Source of the DNA: Dicyema japonicum
Taxonomy: Eukaryota > Animalia > Dicyemida
Direction: 5' to 3'
DNA: 64,000 nucleotides
Assembly (NCBI GenBank): GCA_011109175.1
Contig: RDEW01000013.1
Location: 1,339,773-1,403,772 of the forward strand
A model generated the notes under the pieces. It had not been told where the DNA came from and ran no database searches. It saw nothing but the letters and a program-made list of their open reading frames with translations. Shown one piece after another: positions 1 to 12,499 of the stretch (position 1 is its first letter; every line of letters begins with the position of its first letter). Made by a program: the position numbers and the translations under genes.

Positions 1-249
1 AACTCAGCGACAATTATGTCGACAGAGATCAAAACTAAATAATTTAATTGGGATAATGCTCACGTCATTCATAAATCTAAGGAAACCTATCCGTTCTTTA
101 CAACCTACCATTTTCGATTCATTTCCTTATCGTTTTTTTAAATGAAATTATTATTTCGAGTCTAGAGTAGAAATGTATGATTCAGTTGGCCAACCAGGAT
201 ATTACTTAAATCATGATAAATTTGAATTAATTAACACCAATTTTTATCC

Positions 250-1110
250 CCGATAAAGAACCGATTATGTTAGTAAAATGTTACTACTAAACTAAGCAAG
301 TGCCAAGTACATTGTACTTGTCCGCAAGTGCACTGCAGTCTGAAATAACAATATTAATTACATGTTTCACTTGTCTGCTTGCTGTTTTGAATATATATAC
401 CATTTTCCTCCGTATAAAAGTTATTATCTTTGAGATATAAATAAAATTCAGGTGCTTTATGTCTATACTAAATATAATATCATACGCCTCTGGAATACCG
501 AATGAATTCCTGCACACGATGACACTATATTATTATCATTAAAAATACTTATAATCGAACATGTCTGACACTAAATACTTGAATAACTTTATCTCTCTGG
601 AAAGTACTACATAAATTTGAAAAAAGTGTACACAACTCTAAGTGATGTTAAATGTCCAGCAAAATCGATTGAGACGTATACAAGGGAATTACACTCTCAA
701 AATTCCTATTAATTTAATAAATATATAACAAGTCGAATGGAAGATGGAAAAGTATATTTGTTTATATATTTTAAACTATCATCTAACCAACAGAAACTAT
801 AATAAGTAATATTAATACAATTCTTCACATGCAGTTCAATAACAGAAAAATTGCCAACATATATAATGTTTTGAATATTTAATCTATCAATATAAGAATA
901 ATTGAGTAGGCCAGAAAGATTACAATTACTCCAAAATCTAAATAATTAATATTTAATACAGATAATTGATCTATATTTTTACATCTCGACAATTTTTCTG
1001 TGTCAAAATGCCGAATGGAAGGGATAGGATGATGAAATTGAACATCTATAGGATAAATACCAAAATGATGAATATACTAGTAACCACAAGAAATTAAAAT
1101 TATTACATAA
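250..1110 (-). other. Possible microintron-containing host gene of unknown product
   Basis: Short open stretches on the minus strand are separated by AT-rich GT..AG segments of about 20-30 nt (e.g. gtaattaatattgttatttcag). No recognisable domain; exon structure unresolved. Confidence 0.25.
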
Positions 1111-1203
1111 ATTAAAGTCGTTATAATTAATAATAATTTTATTAAATAAACTATTTGATAAATAAAGAAAATTAAAAAATAATTTAATAAAATTCACTTA
1201 ATA

Positions 1204-1345
1204 TACAGGGTTTTCCGATTTGTGTAATTACTTTACCATGAAGTTTGATAATTTGCCAAAATTACTAATATCTTTGCCAAAATGTTCAATAATTTTGTCA
1301 AAATGTTTAAAAATTGTGTCATAAAGTTTAATAACTTTTGAATAA
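1204..1345. repeat. Degenerate ~21-bp minisatellite behind a TACAGGGT start (possible Tc1/mariner MITE end)
   Basis: Units such as aatttgccaaaattactaata / tctttgccaaaatgttcaata / attttgtcaaaatgtttaaaa follow tacagggttttcc. No matching second TIR found. Confidence 0.4.
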
Positions 1346-1469
1346 TGTTAATTACAAAATGAGAATATAATTTTAAAGTGAATTCTGAAGAAAAATAAAT
1401 GTTGCTATACAAGGACAGTGTAATGATTATACGGGTTCTATTTTCAAATACGGAATTTAAATCTGTGTT

Positions 1470-2230
1470 GTCTCAGAGCGCATTGCAAATTTAAAACGCA
1501 CATTGGAACTCCATAAGCTTATTCATTATAATCAATTCTCTTGTTTATTTGAAGCTATTCTTTGTTATCCAACAGCTAAAATTGTCCTATTTCTATATAG
1601 GAATTAAGATATGCGGATGACCTGATTTTGTTTTCGAGGAATCAATTATATCAGCATTGATCTTAAACATGCTGCTGTTGGGAGAGTTGTCCCTGAAATG
1701 AACAAAGAAAAACAGACTTAGTACAATCAAATTGGTATGATGAGATTTAGAGGATAGCAAAAAAAGTGGTTTTTGCATGACGATTTGTAAGAGGTTCAAC
1801 AAAGAAAGATATTCTCAACAATAGCACTGAATAGACAAAAATCGGCATTTCTGAGATCGTTCATGTTACAAGACAAGTAAAGTACGACTATACAATACTT
1901 TCGTCTTTTCCATACTTCTCTACATCTCGGAACGTGGGAACTAACTCGGACATGTTTTGATAACCTAAATGCTTTCCAAAGAAAACAACTAAGGACTTCA
2001 TACACTATCCAATCGTGATAAAAACGAAACTTAAACACAGCTTGAAGTCGGAGCATCTGAATAAAATTATTACAAGAACATCGATCTAAAACATGCTAAA
2101 ATAGCATTAGTCGACGCTAATGATGAACAAAGTCTCCGAAAATCGTTATCTTGTAAGAGCGTGGAGATGTCTAACAACCGGATTATCTGAGGGTGGTTCT
2201 TGGACGATTGAATCATTGGAGAAAGCCCTG
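1470..2230 (+). mobile_element. Degenerate RTE-like LINE, RT region
   Basis: Contains a YADD-like motif (atatgcggatgacct). Colinear with 9770-10450 and with the C-terminal half of the intact RTE at 24661-25848. Many stops and indels. Confidence 0.7.
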
Positions 2231-2689
2231 AGAATGTCTGTTAAAAGTAACTACGATATCCCTACCGTAAAATTAGGTCATATTTTTATTTGATAGTAAA
2301 ATTAGGTCAACCGTTGAAGTGATTATATATATTATATGATGACAATAGATGCATTAGTGTCATACTTTTATTCGGAACCAAATGTGGATACCATTAGTGG
2401 ATACTTTCCTTGCTCTTATTCTTTGTAACTATCAGGAACCGTGGAGGTATGGACATATTCCTTAATGATCTAGACATATTCCTTAATGAACTAAATGTTT
2501 GTTTTTGAAAAAAAGTTCCTGAGAGCAATGAGAATTGAAGAAGACTTGTCTCAAACGACTGGCAGTTATTCAACGAATATTGGTTGAGTTTTTATTTATG
2601 TGACGAGATTGGCAATTTTCTGACGATGGATATGTAAATAGCAGCCTCGTTCGGTCTCTGTACTGTTGCTATACTGTTGCTAGACTTTT

Positions 2690-3400
2690 CGTTTATGAAA
2701 AATTCAAATAATAGTAATGGAAACGTCTCAGTTGTGGTTAATGTTACAGATAAAAGCCTTAGAAATAACTAGGTTGCAAATATAATTTCTGACTTGGATT
2801 CTGCGGCTGTGCCCAAAGTGAACCGACGTTTTACAAGGGACTTTATATTCTGCTTTAACAGCTCAGAAGATGCTAGCTTATTTGAATGGGATCTCAATGC
2901 AAAGTTGTCTTTTGGGGATAATGGACACGAACATAGACGAACTAAGTTGCCACCTTCGTAAATTGTATTAAAAAATTTACCAACGTGGTAGAACTTGAAG
3001 AGCTTAATGAATTCCTCTCTACAATTATATCTTCAGAGTTCATTATTAAAAGATTTGCAAAAACTTGCAGAAAGATTACCTATGGCAAAACTAATAATAG
3101 AAAACTGTGGAGAAGCTCAGTCTTTAATTAGACTTGGTTTTAAAATTGGTTTCTCACAAGTCACTGCTGAATGGTTTAAAAAACCTGAACTCCAATGCTT
3201 TCGCTGCCAGTTATTCGGTCATATTGCGCGTTTTTGCAGAAACGTTGAAAGATGCTTGATTTGCTCAGGAAACCAGAGAAGGTCGGAGTGTCAATTTGAC
3301 TCAAAGAACGGTAAAATTCATTATCTGTGGAGCAACTAATTACTTGGCTAACTACGGAAGTTGCTCTTGTGCAAAAACAGCTAATAAACTCAAGATAGAA
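2690..3400 (+). mobile_element. LINE ORF1 (gag-like) remnant with CCHC zinc knuckles
   Basis: ORF 2995-3339 has QCFRCQLFGHIARFC..RCLICSG, the knuckle array typical of Jockey/I-group ORF1. Confidence 0.75.
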
Positions 3401-4046
3401 AAAATTCTTGTTTCAAAGTAAACCTCGCATTGAAAGTGTTGCTAAATGATGTAATGTTCCAGGAAGATCGGTGACAATAAAAATTCGACCAAGTTAACAC
3501 GAACAGAATGAAATCCGATCACTCCTAAGATTACGACCTCGGATCTTGGAATGCAGACGGCTGGTCCAACTTGACAGTGGATCCCTACACAGTCAGTAAG
3601 TTAATCAGCGAATCCAAAAGATCCGAATGACGAGAAGAGCCCACGGTGGACAGAAATATTCAGGAAGAGGAACGTTTTCACAATATTGTTGAACAATTAT
3701 CTAAAAATATTAAAACATGACAAGATCGAAGAAGAATGCTATGTTTTACTTGGCCTGGTTACCCTCCTAAGAAAAGAGGACAGCCACCAAATAAATATGG
3801 AAAGAGGAGATTTTTTCTCAGCATATAAATAAATTAATGAATTGGGGGCAATGTAGTTTGCTTCGTTATATAAAAATTTGAAAGGAAAAATGAGACGATG
3901 TTGAGATTCACAAGATTCTTACCGTCTTAAAGAGAGGATCAAGTCTATAAAAAGAGTATTGATCGAAGTATCAAAAAGTTTTGAACAAGATAGATGGAGG
4001 AGAGAATGCTCCAGGCTCTATCGTAATAATCCTGTCGGGCTTAAGT

Positions 4047-4330
4047 GGCTTAGGTTACGGGTTCGATTCTCGCTGCTGTTCACCTGATGGAAGGTTCCGC
4101 GCATCTACGATGCAGAAAGGGTTTGACGAGTGACGCCGTCATCAGTGGATACTCACTGCGGAATTGAATTGTTTAGAAAGGACCCACACACAAGAAAAAA
4201 AAGAAGTGAAGATCATTCCTTGGTTCTACGATTAGTTAAAAATTAACTGTTCTTTACTTAAATAAAGTGTGTGTCCTGGCTATGCGGAGCTATAAATACT
4301 ATGGCTCTCGTGAAAAAAATTAAAAAAAAT
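4047..4330 (+). mobile_element. 5'-truncated copy of tRNA-headed SINE (family B)
   Basis: Colinear and highly similar to 37665-37981. Keeps the B box ggttcgattc and the A-rich tail. Confidence 0.85.
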
Positions 4331-4353
4331 AAATTGTTGAGATTTTTCGAAAA

Positions 4354-4686
4354 CCGCGTGGCGCCATGTGGTGGTGCGTGGTTAATTGGTAAGTTTTTTG
4401 CTTGCTTGTCTCTTCCTCTTCTCTCTTCCTATTATAGTGGCGTCATGTGTTCCACCTGTCTAGGTGACGCCCAGTGCCAGGCGGGAACGAAAAAGGATCA
4501 TTTGCTCTCCCGCACTCCACTGGAAGGGTTTCCACAACTGATATTGTGAAAGTTCAAGATCGTCTAACCTTTTATGTTGATTCCGGATAGACTCTTTCTG
4601 TAGAAGTGGAAACTGGATACACTTAATTAGTTGTTTACTTTAACTTTTTTCTCGGTGTGTCCGGCTTAATAAATAATAAAAATAAA
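4354..4686 (+). mobile_element. Non-autonomous LINE-derived element (family A), copy 1
   Basis: Homologous to 38771-39070(-) and 56972-57207(-). Its 5' end resembles the start of the LINE remnant at 54109. Its 3' end (ctggatacacttaattagttg...aataaataataa) resembles the GIT-stop LINE tails. Confidence 0.8.
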
Positions 4687-5219
4687 TCTCAGTTTCTAAT
4701 TCATACTGATCTGCCCTACGTTATTTCCTTACTATTCTTCCGATCAACGTGAAACAGCAACTAAATAGCGTCATGTCACTACAGGATATTCTGAGATGGG
4801 AATGTCTGGAGAATGTAAGAACTTGTCGTAAGAAACATAGTAAACTGATGCTTACCAAGGAAAACCAAGATCTTTTAATAAAATCTATTTTAGATTGAAG
4901 TTTTAGTATTTTTATGTGAGAGTTTTAGTCATTTTGTGCGAATGGTGAAGCTGCTATGTGAACGTAAACTGCATTCTCTCCTCGTTGGGGACTGGGGAAA
5001 CAGTTAATGAGTTTGATGAATCTGTTGCGCTGGCTGTATCTTCAGAATATTCAGAATTATTCACGGAGTAGTCGACGATCGATTTATCCAGAGAAAGAAT
5101 CGCACCTTAAAAGGCGATTATCGTCTCGCATTTGTATAATTCGTAGAGACCCGTTTTCTATATTCTTCTGACAGTGGATGCTTAAGATTGTCCACAGCTA
5201 ATTTCCGTGTTGATTATTT

Positions 5220-5870
5220 TTTAACAATCCAAGACCGCGTTAAACCAAGCTAATTATCACGTGATCCAGATGCATAGAAACAACGACCTCATCTTTACAC
5301 CGTGTTCTTGTCTAGAAACAACGACCTCACAACGTACAGAACAGCTGACTGATTTTTCTTTGATCTGGAGTCTAGTCTCATGAGGGCTTCCAGAAACGTA
5401 TATTTGGTTCGGTAATCTCCACAAATCCAAAGTTTCGTTACTCTGAAAGCCTTTTTTGTATTTCCTCGATCTTCCTTTTATTGACGGTCTCTCGAGCCGC
5501 ATGCATATGAAGAAATTGCTCGATACTGCCTTTACAAGTTCATTAGGAGCGGGTGATTACTACTCTTCCATATTCCCGATAAACATTTTAATACTTTCAG
5601 TTTTTTCTCGCATTTCAAAAGAATGTTAACTAAGTGAGGTGTCAGACAGAGTCCATAACAAGTATCACACCCAAAGTCCCTTAACATCTGTTTAAAGGGA
5701 TGACTTTTCCATTTTTTTATTTCACCTACGTTCATAAGAGCCGTTCAGTTCCTTGCAAAAATTCGCAATTTTCCATTTTTTGGTGTCAGAGTATCAAGTT
5801 ACATGCTTCTTATATCATTTAAAAGTATTTGTATGTCAATCAACACAAGTGACGAGGTAACGCACTTGAC
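5220..5870 (-). mobile_element. 3' fragment of Jockey/I-like LINE
   Basis: ORF ends ..MRSLFLCIWIT*, like the GIT* ends of paralogous copies, followed by a short 3' UTR and A-rich tail. Confidence 0.65.
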
Positions 5871-6109
5871 TTAAAGTTAATTTTCCTAAGATAGGCCCTT
5901 CATGAAACATTTGAATGAGTACCCAGGATGTAGATTTTATGTTAGTTATGTCCTTTTTGATACAAATTCAATACGCCTGATTTTACCGTACCGTAATTCC
6001 TTTCAGTCGCTGTTGAAACGCTTAATCCATTCCAACACCATGTTCTTAACTTCCAGATAAGTTACAAGTAAATTAAGTATCATGTAGATTATTTTCCCTT
6101 GATGAGGGC

Positions 6110-6355
6110 AAATGAGAAGAAATACGAAGTGCTACGCGACCGATTTGCGTTCTACCCCATTGTTGTTGAGATGACTGGAGGAATAAGTATGAAATTGTTT
6201 CGTTTCATAAAGAAGTTTGGACGCCTAGCTACACTAAAAAGCCACGACGCATGAGACCCGGAGGTTTTTCCAGATGATCTATGTTGCAATGTTCAGAGGC
6301 AACGGAACGTCGGTAATGTCGGTTGGGACCACGTTTGATAGATTTTTGTGTTAAT
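6110..6355 (+). mobile_element. 3' end of CRE-like (RLE) non-LTR retrotransposon
   Basis: Translates KKYEVLRDRFAFYPIVVEMTGG...FRGN, the RLE C-terminus shared with 50590-50815 and 57740-57975. Confidence 0.7.
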
Positions 6356-6897
6356 TAATTTATTAATTTCGTAATTTCCTTCGTTAACGGTAATAAATCG
6401 AACAATGAAAAAAACTTGTTGAAAGAATTATAGACAATTTTGCCAGTTGTTCTTTCATTCATAAAAATAATAGCAAATAATCTTCCTTGACAGTTATATC
6501 ATGGAAGATTAAACGGAAAAATACACATAGTTTCGCGATATCAATCGTATCGTTTCGTTAAAACTCAATCGATTGCGATCGACCGGTTGGCCCCTGATGT
6601 AGATGAATCAACTTTTTTAGTGTCCTATGTCAGCTGATACAGAAACAAGATACAATTGCTAATTGGTATTTTAAACTGTCGGATAAATTTTGACTTTTCT
6701 TAGAGTTTATTTTCATTAATGAATTTTTCTTTGTGTTTTTTAATCATTTTCTATTACTGACATCTTGGCACACATCTGCACGATTATCAAATAAATATAA
6801 AAATTTTTAAAAATATATTTGAATAAAAACTGAGAAATAAAAATATTTAAGACATGCCAACATGGCCGAGCGGTCTATTATTATTAATCCCAGGCTC

Positions 6898-7335
6898 AGA
6901 ATCTATCATATCAACCTGTGCAAAGAAGATCAATTTTGTAAAAGCCTTCCTTTGGAACTGTGGAGGAATTTATCCGCCAGGTATCGGGACCCTCTACAAG
7001 CAGTATGTCGAGCCAACAATAGGCTATGCATGTGCTGCATGTGGATCTAACCTGTCGGCAACGAACCTAACAAAAATTCAAGAGATCCAGTCAAGAGCAA
7101 TAAAATCCTGGAAAAATATACAGATAAAGAAATTGCCCCCAGAGCACTCGAGTCGATCATAGAGGCAACTGGAGGCAATTTTAAAAGAGGAGGGGAAAAA
7201 GACCCCCGTCTGTATAGAAAATGTGTGGGATCACGGTCGGAGTATGGAGAAAAAATGGCCCGATTATTAAGAGATGCCGGGATCACCTGAATATTAGTTA
7301 GTGGTTAAGACGGTGTTTCTTTGGCTTAAATAATA
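6898..7335 (+). mobile_element. 3' fragment of Jockey/I-like LINE nested in a SINE tail
   Basis: Encodes LYKQYVEPTIGYACAA..KIQEIQSRAIK and ends RDAGIT* with a (TAA)n tail. Flanked by taatcccaggct / taatctcaggct. Confidence 0.75.
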
Positions 7336-7773
7336 ATAATCTCAGGCTTGCCATTGTAAGCCTAGCACAAACAATCATAACTAACTAATCCAAGGAAAGA
7401 ACCATAGAAAGAACATCTGCTTGTGCCCATCGAATCCATCTTCCAATCTTCATTACAGGCTTCCGCTTCCGAAGAGAGGTGGGGAAGTAGGTCCACCCTC
7501 TTACATTTTTGTCCCACGTCCTACCGTCGCGAACATCATTTCATTCTTTAGCGGAATAGTTTTCATAATGCAATCTTCATCAGAGGATTTGGTCACGGAG
7601 AAAGGTAGGAAGATCCCTTTTAACTACTTTGTCGTGCCAGAAGGACTCGTCGCCTCACGAGTGGGATCTGGTTGACAGGATTTGACCTTCGCTGAAAGCT
7701 CCATTTTTCGGATTCGAATCCACGACCTTCAGATCAGATGTCATCAGACGTTAACTTTCAGCCAGAAGGCCCC
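7336..7773 (-). mobile_element. Putative tRNA-headed SINE (family C); its 3' tail continues at 6878-6897
   Basis: Minus strand starts ggggccttctggctgaaag..gtcgtggattcgaatcc (B-box-like) and ends gattagttagtt..cctgagattaataataa. Bounded by the GTCTA duplication. Only one copy in this window. Confidence 0.55.
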
Positions 7774-8714
7774 GTCTAAGGCGGCAGCTTTAAGTGCTTT
7801 CATCTTCGGATGTGTGGTTTCGAATTCCACTGTTGCTATTTAATATTTAACAAATTATTTTATATTTTTATTTCATTTTTAATTGTTTCCCTTCTGGAAC
7901 AGGACTAGCTACGAAATTAAATAGCCATTCGTCTCTGGATTGACCTTTGAGTGCTTCATTCGTGCCAATGAATCTATTGTGGACTGCAAAGGACTTCAAC
8001 CGTCTCATGTAGTGGCTTGTTCTCGAGGAATTTTGTTGTCAAGCGTTCTTTTGAAGTTTCTAAATTTCCGTCACTCTGGAACCCGTAGTCCTGCATCGTG
8101 GACATGGGAAGCACTCGTACAAAGGTAACATTCACACCCTTCTCTCGGGAAAATAATTTATTTGGGATCTGGCCTGTACTGAAACCTTTCCCAGTCGAAA
8201 CTTCATGATTCTGTTTTGAAAGTTAGGGAGGCTGCTTGAACTTTCGATAATTTCAAAATAAGAAAATACGATAAACCTCATTGTGTAGCAAAAACAGATG
8301 TTTTGACAAGAATGTAATGTTTAAGGAGATAACGACATATTCTCCCGAAATTATTTACCACAATAGTGACACGGAATTATTTGTTAAATTAAATTTTTTA
8401 TTCCAAGAAACAAAATAAGTGATTCCGACAAGCTACATAATCCATCATTGATCTTGCACCACCTCATTGGGAATTGGTTGTTTCATGATCATTTGGATAT
8501 GTCTCCTCGGTTATTCATTCAGATTAGTATCAAGAAGGGTTCAGAATCATGTTCTATTTGTCTGAGATTACTTTTCTCTAACTCCAAAAACTTTTTTTAG
8601 AGTAGCCGCACTTTTCTGATCATTAAATTAACAAGTTTATTAAATTTAAATTAATTTAAATTTTTATTTGAATATAATAAAATTTAATTCACAATTAGAA
8701 CAATTGCTGTGAGA

Positions 8715-9518
8715 ATGATCCATTTACTAGGTTTGCGAAATAAATTAACAATAGGAATATATGCGTGCTTAGTAAGCAGTAGATATGTGATGTTTAACAT
8801 TGAAACTTTTAAAACGTCGCATAATAATACAACAATGTGGGGTGTGAAGAAAAAAAACCAAGTTGTAACGTTATTCAGTGGAATAATTGAATTTTCATAT
8901 AAAATTAATAATACTGTAATCACATTATATTTAATAAAGACGAAATATGAAAATTTTAATAATGCGATTTTCAAATTCCGAGCAATAGGACGTTTTGATT
9001 ATATCCTCACATGGGAGAAAAATGATATATCTTTTTTAATATTCGTTAATTTCATATCACCTAATGTATGTGACGTTTCTTGGGGATTAATATGGGTTTC
9101 CACTGATATAAATCATTTTGTTCATTATAGAAACATTTCAAATAGCGGTTATCATAACTGCAGTGAAAAAACTATAATTTTGCCTAAAAATAGAATTATA
9201 AAAATAAAAGATTTGAAATTCCAAATAGCAAAAACAGATAATAACAATATATTTACTGGAAATGGTAGTCTATGATAACCGACATTTAGACCTCGGGTGT
9301 GATTTTGAACGAAATTTAGGATCGATGTCAACACCACATTTGAATAAAAAAGTAAAGACAACAACTCAAGATCATATAAAAAGTACTATGAAATAAAATG
9401 TAATTTTTTAGAATTTAAAGAACAAAAATTAAAAGATTATGGAGTCTTCATTAATTAGTAATTGGTTATTTTGGGTTTAATTATAATAATGGGTTCATTC
9501 ACTATTATCTCATATTAG
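8715..9518 (+). CDS. LAMP-domain-like type I membrane glycoprotein, paralog A
   Basis: Starts MIHLL|GIYACLVSS (signal-like). Introns at 8731-8754, 8916-8939 and 9265-9289. Contains YHNC..IKDLKFQIAKTDNNNIFTGN|DLGC. The last (TM) exon is unresolved, so the end is approximate. Confidence 0.65.
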
Positions 9519-9769
9519 GTGGACTAATTAAGTAATTTTATTTTATTAGCGACAAAACAGTTGACAACCTTTTTGGCTGACGTGAAGTCACTCAACTGCA
9601 CGAATGTATACAACAAAGCGTGGAAAAATCACGAAATGTAATGTACTAAGAAATTAAAATTTTTACTCAAATCTAGCCTTGGTGATGGGTCATAAACGTC
9701 CTTCTCTTCATTTTCCTCGCAGGCTTTGTAACGCAAAAGTTGAACACGTCGTAGGAATGAAACTGAAAT

Positions 9770-10450
9770 TGTTGGGTTGGCTCAGAGCGCGCTCGCATAT
9801 TTAAGATGCACATTCACTCTTCAAAGTGACTCATTATTACCAATTCTCTGTTATTTATCTGTAAGTGCTCTTCGTGATCTGAGAGCTAAATTATATCTTA
9901 CTTCAATCTAGGAATTAATATATGCGGATGACCTAGATTTAGTTTTGAGAACATCTATATCAAAATTTCTTTCAATCATTCTCCTTTAGTGTTTGGAGAG
10001 TTGTTCCTGAAAATAAAGAACAAAAACCGAGCTTTTAAAATCAAATGGAAGCAAACCTACCGATGAGAGTTGGAGAGCAAAAAAATCGGGTCTTTGCTTG
10101 GAGACGGGGAAGATCTTCAACGAAAAAAGATTTTGTCAACAATAGCACTGAATAGACTACAATAAGATAAGTTCATGTTTTAGACCAGTGAAGTACGACT
10201 ATATAATGTTTCGTTCAACCCTTATTGCTCTACAACTCGAAAAAGTGGGGACTAACTGGAATGTGTTTATAACTTGAATGCTTATCACAGAAAGCACATA
10301 TTCCGGGTGAGTAATACCTTTCAAGTTTAAGATAATATGGAATCAAACTTCCTCTGCTCAGGGACTTTCAGAAGGAAGTCACTAACCACTTTGCAATCAA
10401 TAATGAACGTCGATCTAAAATAAGTTAAAATGGCATTAAAAGATAACTTC
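9770..10450 (+). mobile_element. Degenerate RTE-like LINE, RT region
   Basis: ELIYADDLD and GSLLGDGEDL motifs; colinear with 1470-2230. Confidence 0.75.
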
Positions 10451-10619
10451 AAAAGGTTTTGTAAACATTCAATAATCAACTTATGCAAAACAAAAGTTTA
10501 AGTAACCTAATGATTTTTTAAAAAATTGATTTGAAAGTCACAAGTCTTTTAAAAAAGTTGAGAATTTTATCTTTTTGAGATATTTTCTAACAACAAACTA
10601 AACTTGTTCAATTGAACGC

Positions 10620-11960
10620 GACATCAAATTAGTTAATCTTGATGACACTCAAATATTTTATTATTATTCCCCAGCAACATTACGGTAAATGAGAATGAGT
10701 ATCCAATCTAACTAAAAGATCACAGACTGACATGAGAACTCGAAATTGGTGGGACAAGATTCTCGAACCGCTCTCTATAACAGGAGAGAAGTCTTTTTAT
10801 ATCTCAAATTGTTTTTGATGCATTTGATAATGGTCTCGTTAACTTGCTGTTTGGTAGGTTTTTAGTCTTCTAGCATCTCGGCTAGTTTTGAGGTACGATA
10901 TTATTTTATTGGAAAAATCTAAGAATTAAAAATTCAAATAACTTTTAATTATAGAAATTAAAACAGTTGATATTTTACAGCAACACATAGCTCGCAAGTA
11001 ACTCCTACACCTATTTAAATTGGGATTTCTGATTAGTACGGTTATCCGGTTCATTATTGAAAAGTACTTTCATATGTTCATAGCTACTGATGATGACATA
11101 GATAATAAAGGGAAATAAATATTTACTCAATACTGTGTGATGTTACAGAATGGCGGATTCCGTCAAAACCAACAAAAAGAGTTCCAAGAGGCTATTTATA
11201 AAAACATGAATGTAGTTATATCACTTCGACGGATGATCTAATTTCACTATACAGAATAGATACAAGATCATCCTTATTATTACATGATGAACTTGGAAAT
11301 TGAAAAAGATTTTGGAAGTAGGGTACAGTTTTGAGCACAAAAACCAGGCATAACATTTTAAAAGGTAATTTGTTGAAACTTCCCAGAAGCGTCATCCTAC
11401 GATTTACTTATTTGATCTTTACATTCCACGTCGAAGAAATTGTAGAGTTGATGTCTGTGATACGAATACCTGGTACAAAATATTCTATTTGATTTCAGGA
11501 GATAATAAATATTCACACATGATTAGGTTATCAGCTTCAACTTTTAGCGTTAGCATCAAGTACAAGCGAATCGCTTTGAAAGCAAATCACAGGGGCTCCT
11601 ACATGGGGCAATGTTCATGTACCATAAATTGAGAAGAAAAAAATATGTTGCACATTCTGATTGATCACCAAAATAGACCGTGAGCAAGAGGGTCGCCCTT
11701 TTACTTATTTTTGGAAAGAATGATTTCAATTCTTAGACGAGAAGGAAATGAGTCGAATATGATAGGCGGAAGGATAAATTTTCGTCGTTCTATTCAAGCA
11801 AAAGCCAAGTAGGATATCTCTTCCTACAAAGTAAAAATGTTTTAAAATTCAATTTATTTTGGACGTTCTCTTCAGCCTCAAATAATGGAAACTTTTTTAT
11901 CACATGAAGATCCACACACCGCTGAAAGAACGCAAGTCAACCGAAATATACTCGATTAAT
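10620..11960 (+). other. Possible microintron-containing host gene or pseudogene, unidentified
   Basis: Candidate microintrons at about 11365-11386 and 11472-11497, and coding-like composition. No continuous frame or family recognised. Confidence 0.2.
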
Positions 11961-12499
11961 GATTACAAGAAATCTGTTGGAAAGTCGGAACAAATTCCAT
12001 TATCTTTCTTTTTAACGCATTTAAGTTTGCCGAATAAAGTTTATGAAAAAATAAGAAATATTAAATAATTTTACCTTTCTTAAAAAAGTAGTTAACTGTA
12101 TTATTTCAAAACCACTATTTGTTTTTCGAAAAGATGATCAAAATGTTAAATCTACCTATTATACTAAAACAATGTTAAAAGTGCTTAGTAAAATAAGAAT
12201 AATTTAAAGATAATGATATGGCATTTGCTGAGGTCTTAAGGAGAATCTCACCTTCGATATTGCATGTGATTTTTGCGACGTGTAAAAATATCGTAAAAAT
12301 GTTAAAGAAAGGATCTGTTTAACCCTATGGACTTTAAAAATCGAAAACTATTTTTATTCCATAAGAACTACACAAACAGACTTCTGGTCATGCATTTCAA
12401 TGTATCAACAGTAAGACCCATAAATCTAAATAAATAATCTAAAAAATTCTAATCCTAAAAAAGCATAGCGAGTGATAAGTTATAAACTTTTATTTAATA

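Larger units (their letters stand above)
6856..7838 (+). pseudogene. trnL-TAA: tRNA-Leu(TAA) gene split by nested insertions (5' part 6856-6877, 3' part 7779-7838)
   Basis: Joining the halves gives GCCAACATGGCCGAGCGGTCTAAGGCGGCAGCTTTAAGTGCTTTCATCTTCGGATGTGTGGTTTCGAATTCCACTGTTGCTA. This has a Leu-type D loop, TAA anticodon, long variable arm CATC-TTCG-GATG and TTCGAAT T loop, with several stem mismatches. GTCTA is duplicated at 6873-6877 and 7774-7778. Confidence 0.85.

Noticed and set aside
3770-4030. Gypsy integrase end, polypurine tract and LTR
   Set aside because: Suggestive PPNKYG / ggggcaa-TGTAG only; no second LTR or pol motifs found.
7700-7750. Hammerhead ribozyme (CTGATGA..GAAA on the minus strand; also 14677 and 41531 on plus)
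   Set aside because: Stem II and the closing stems cannot be formed around the core.
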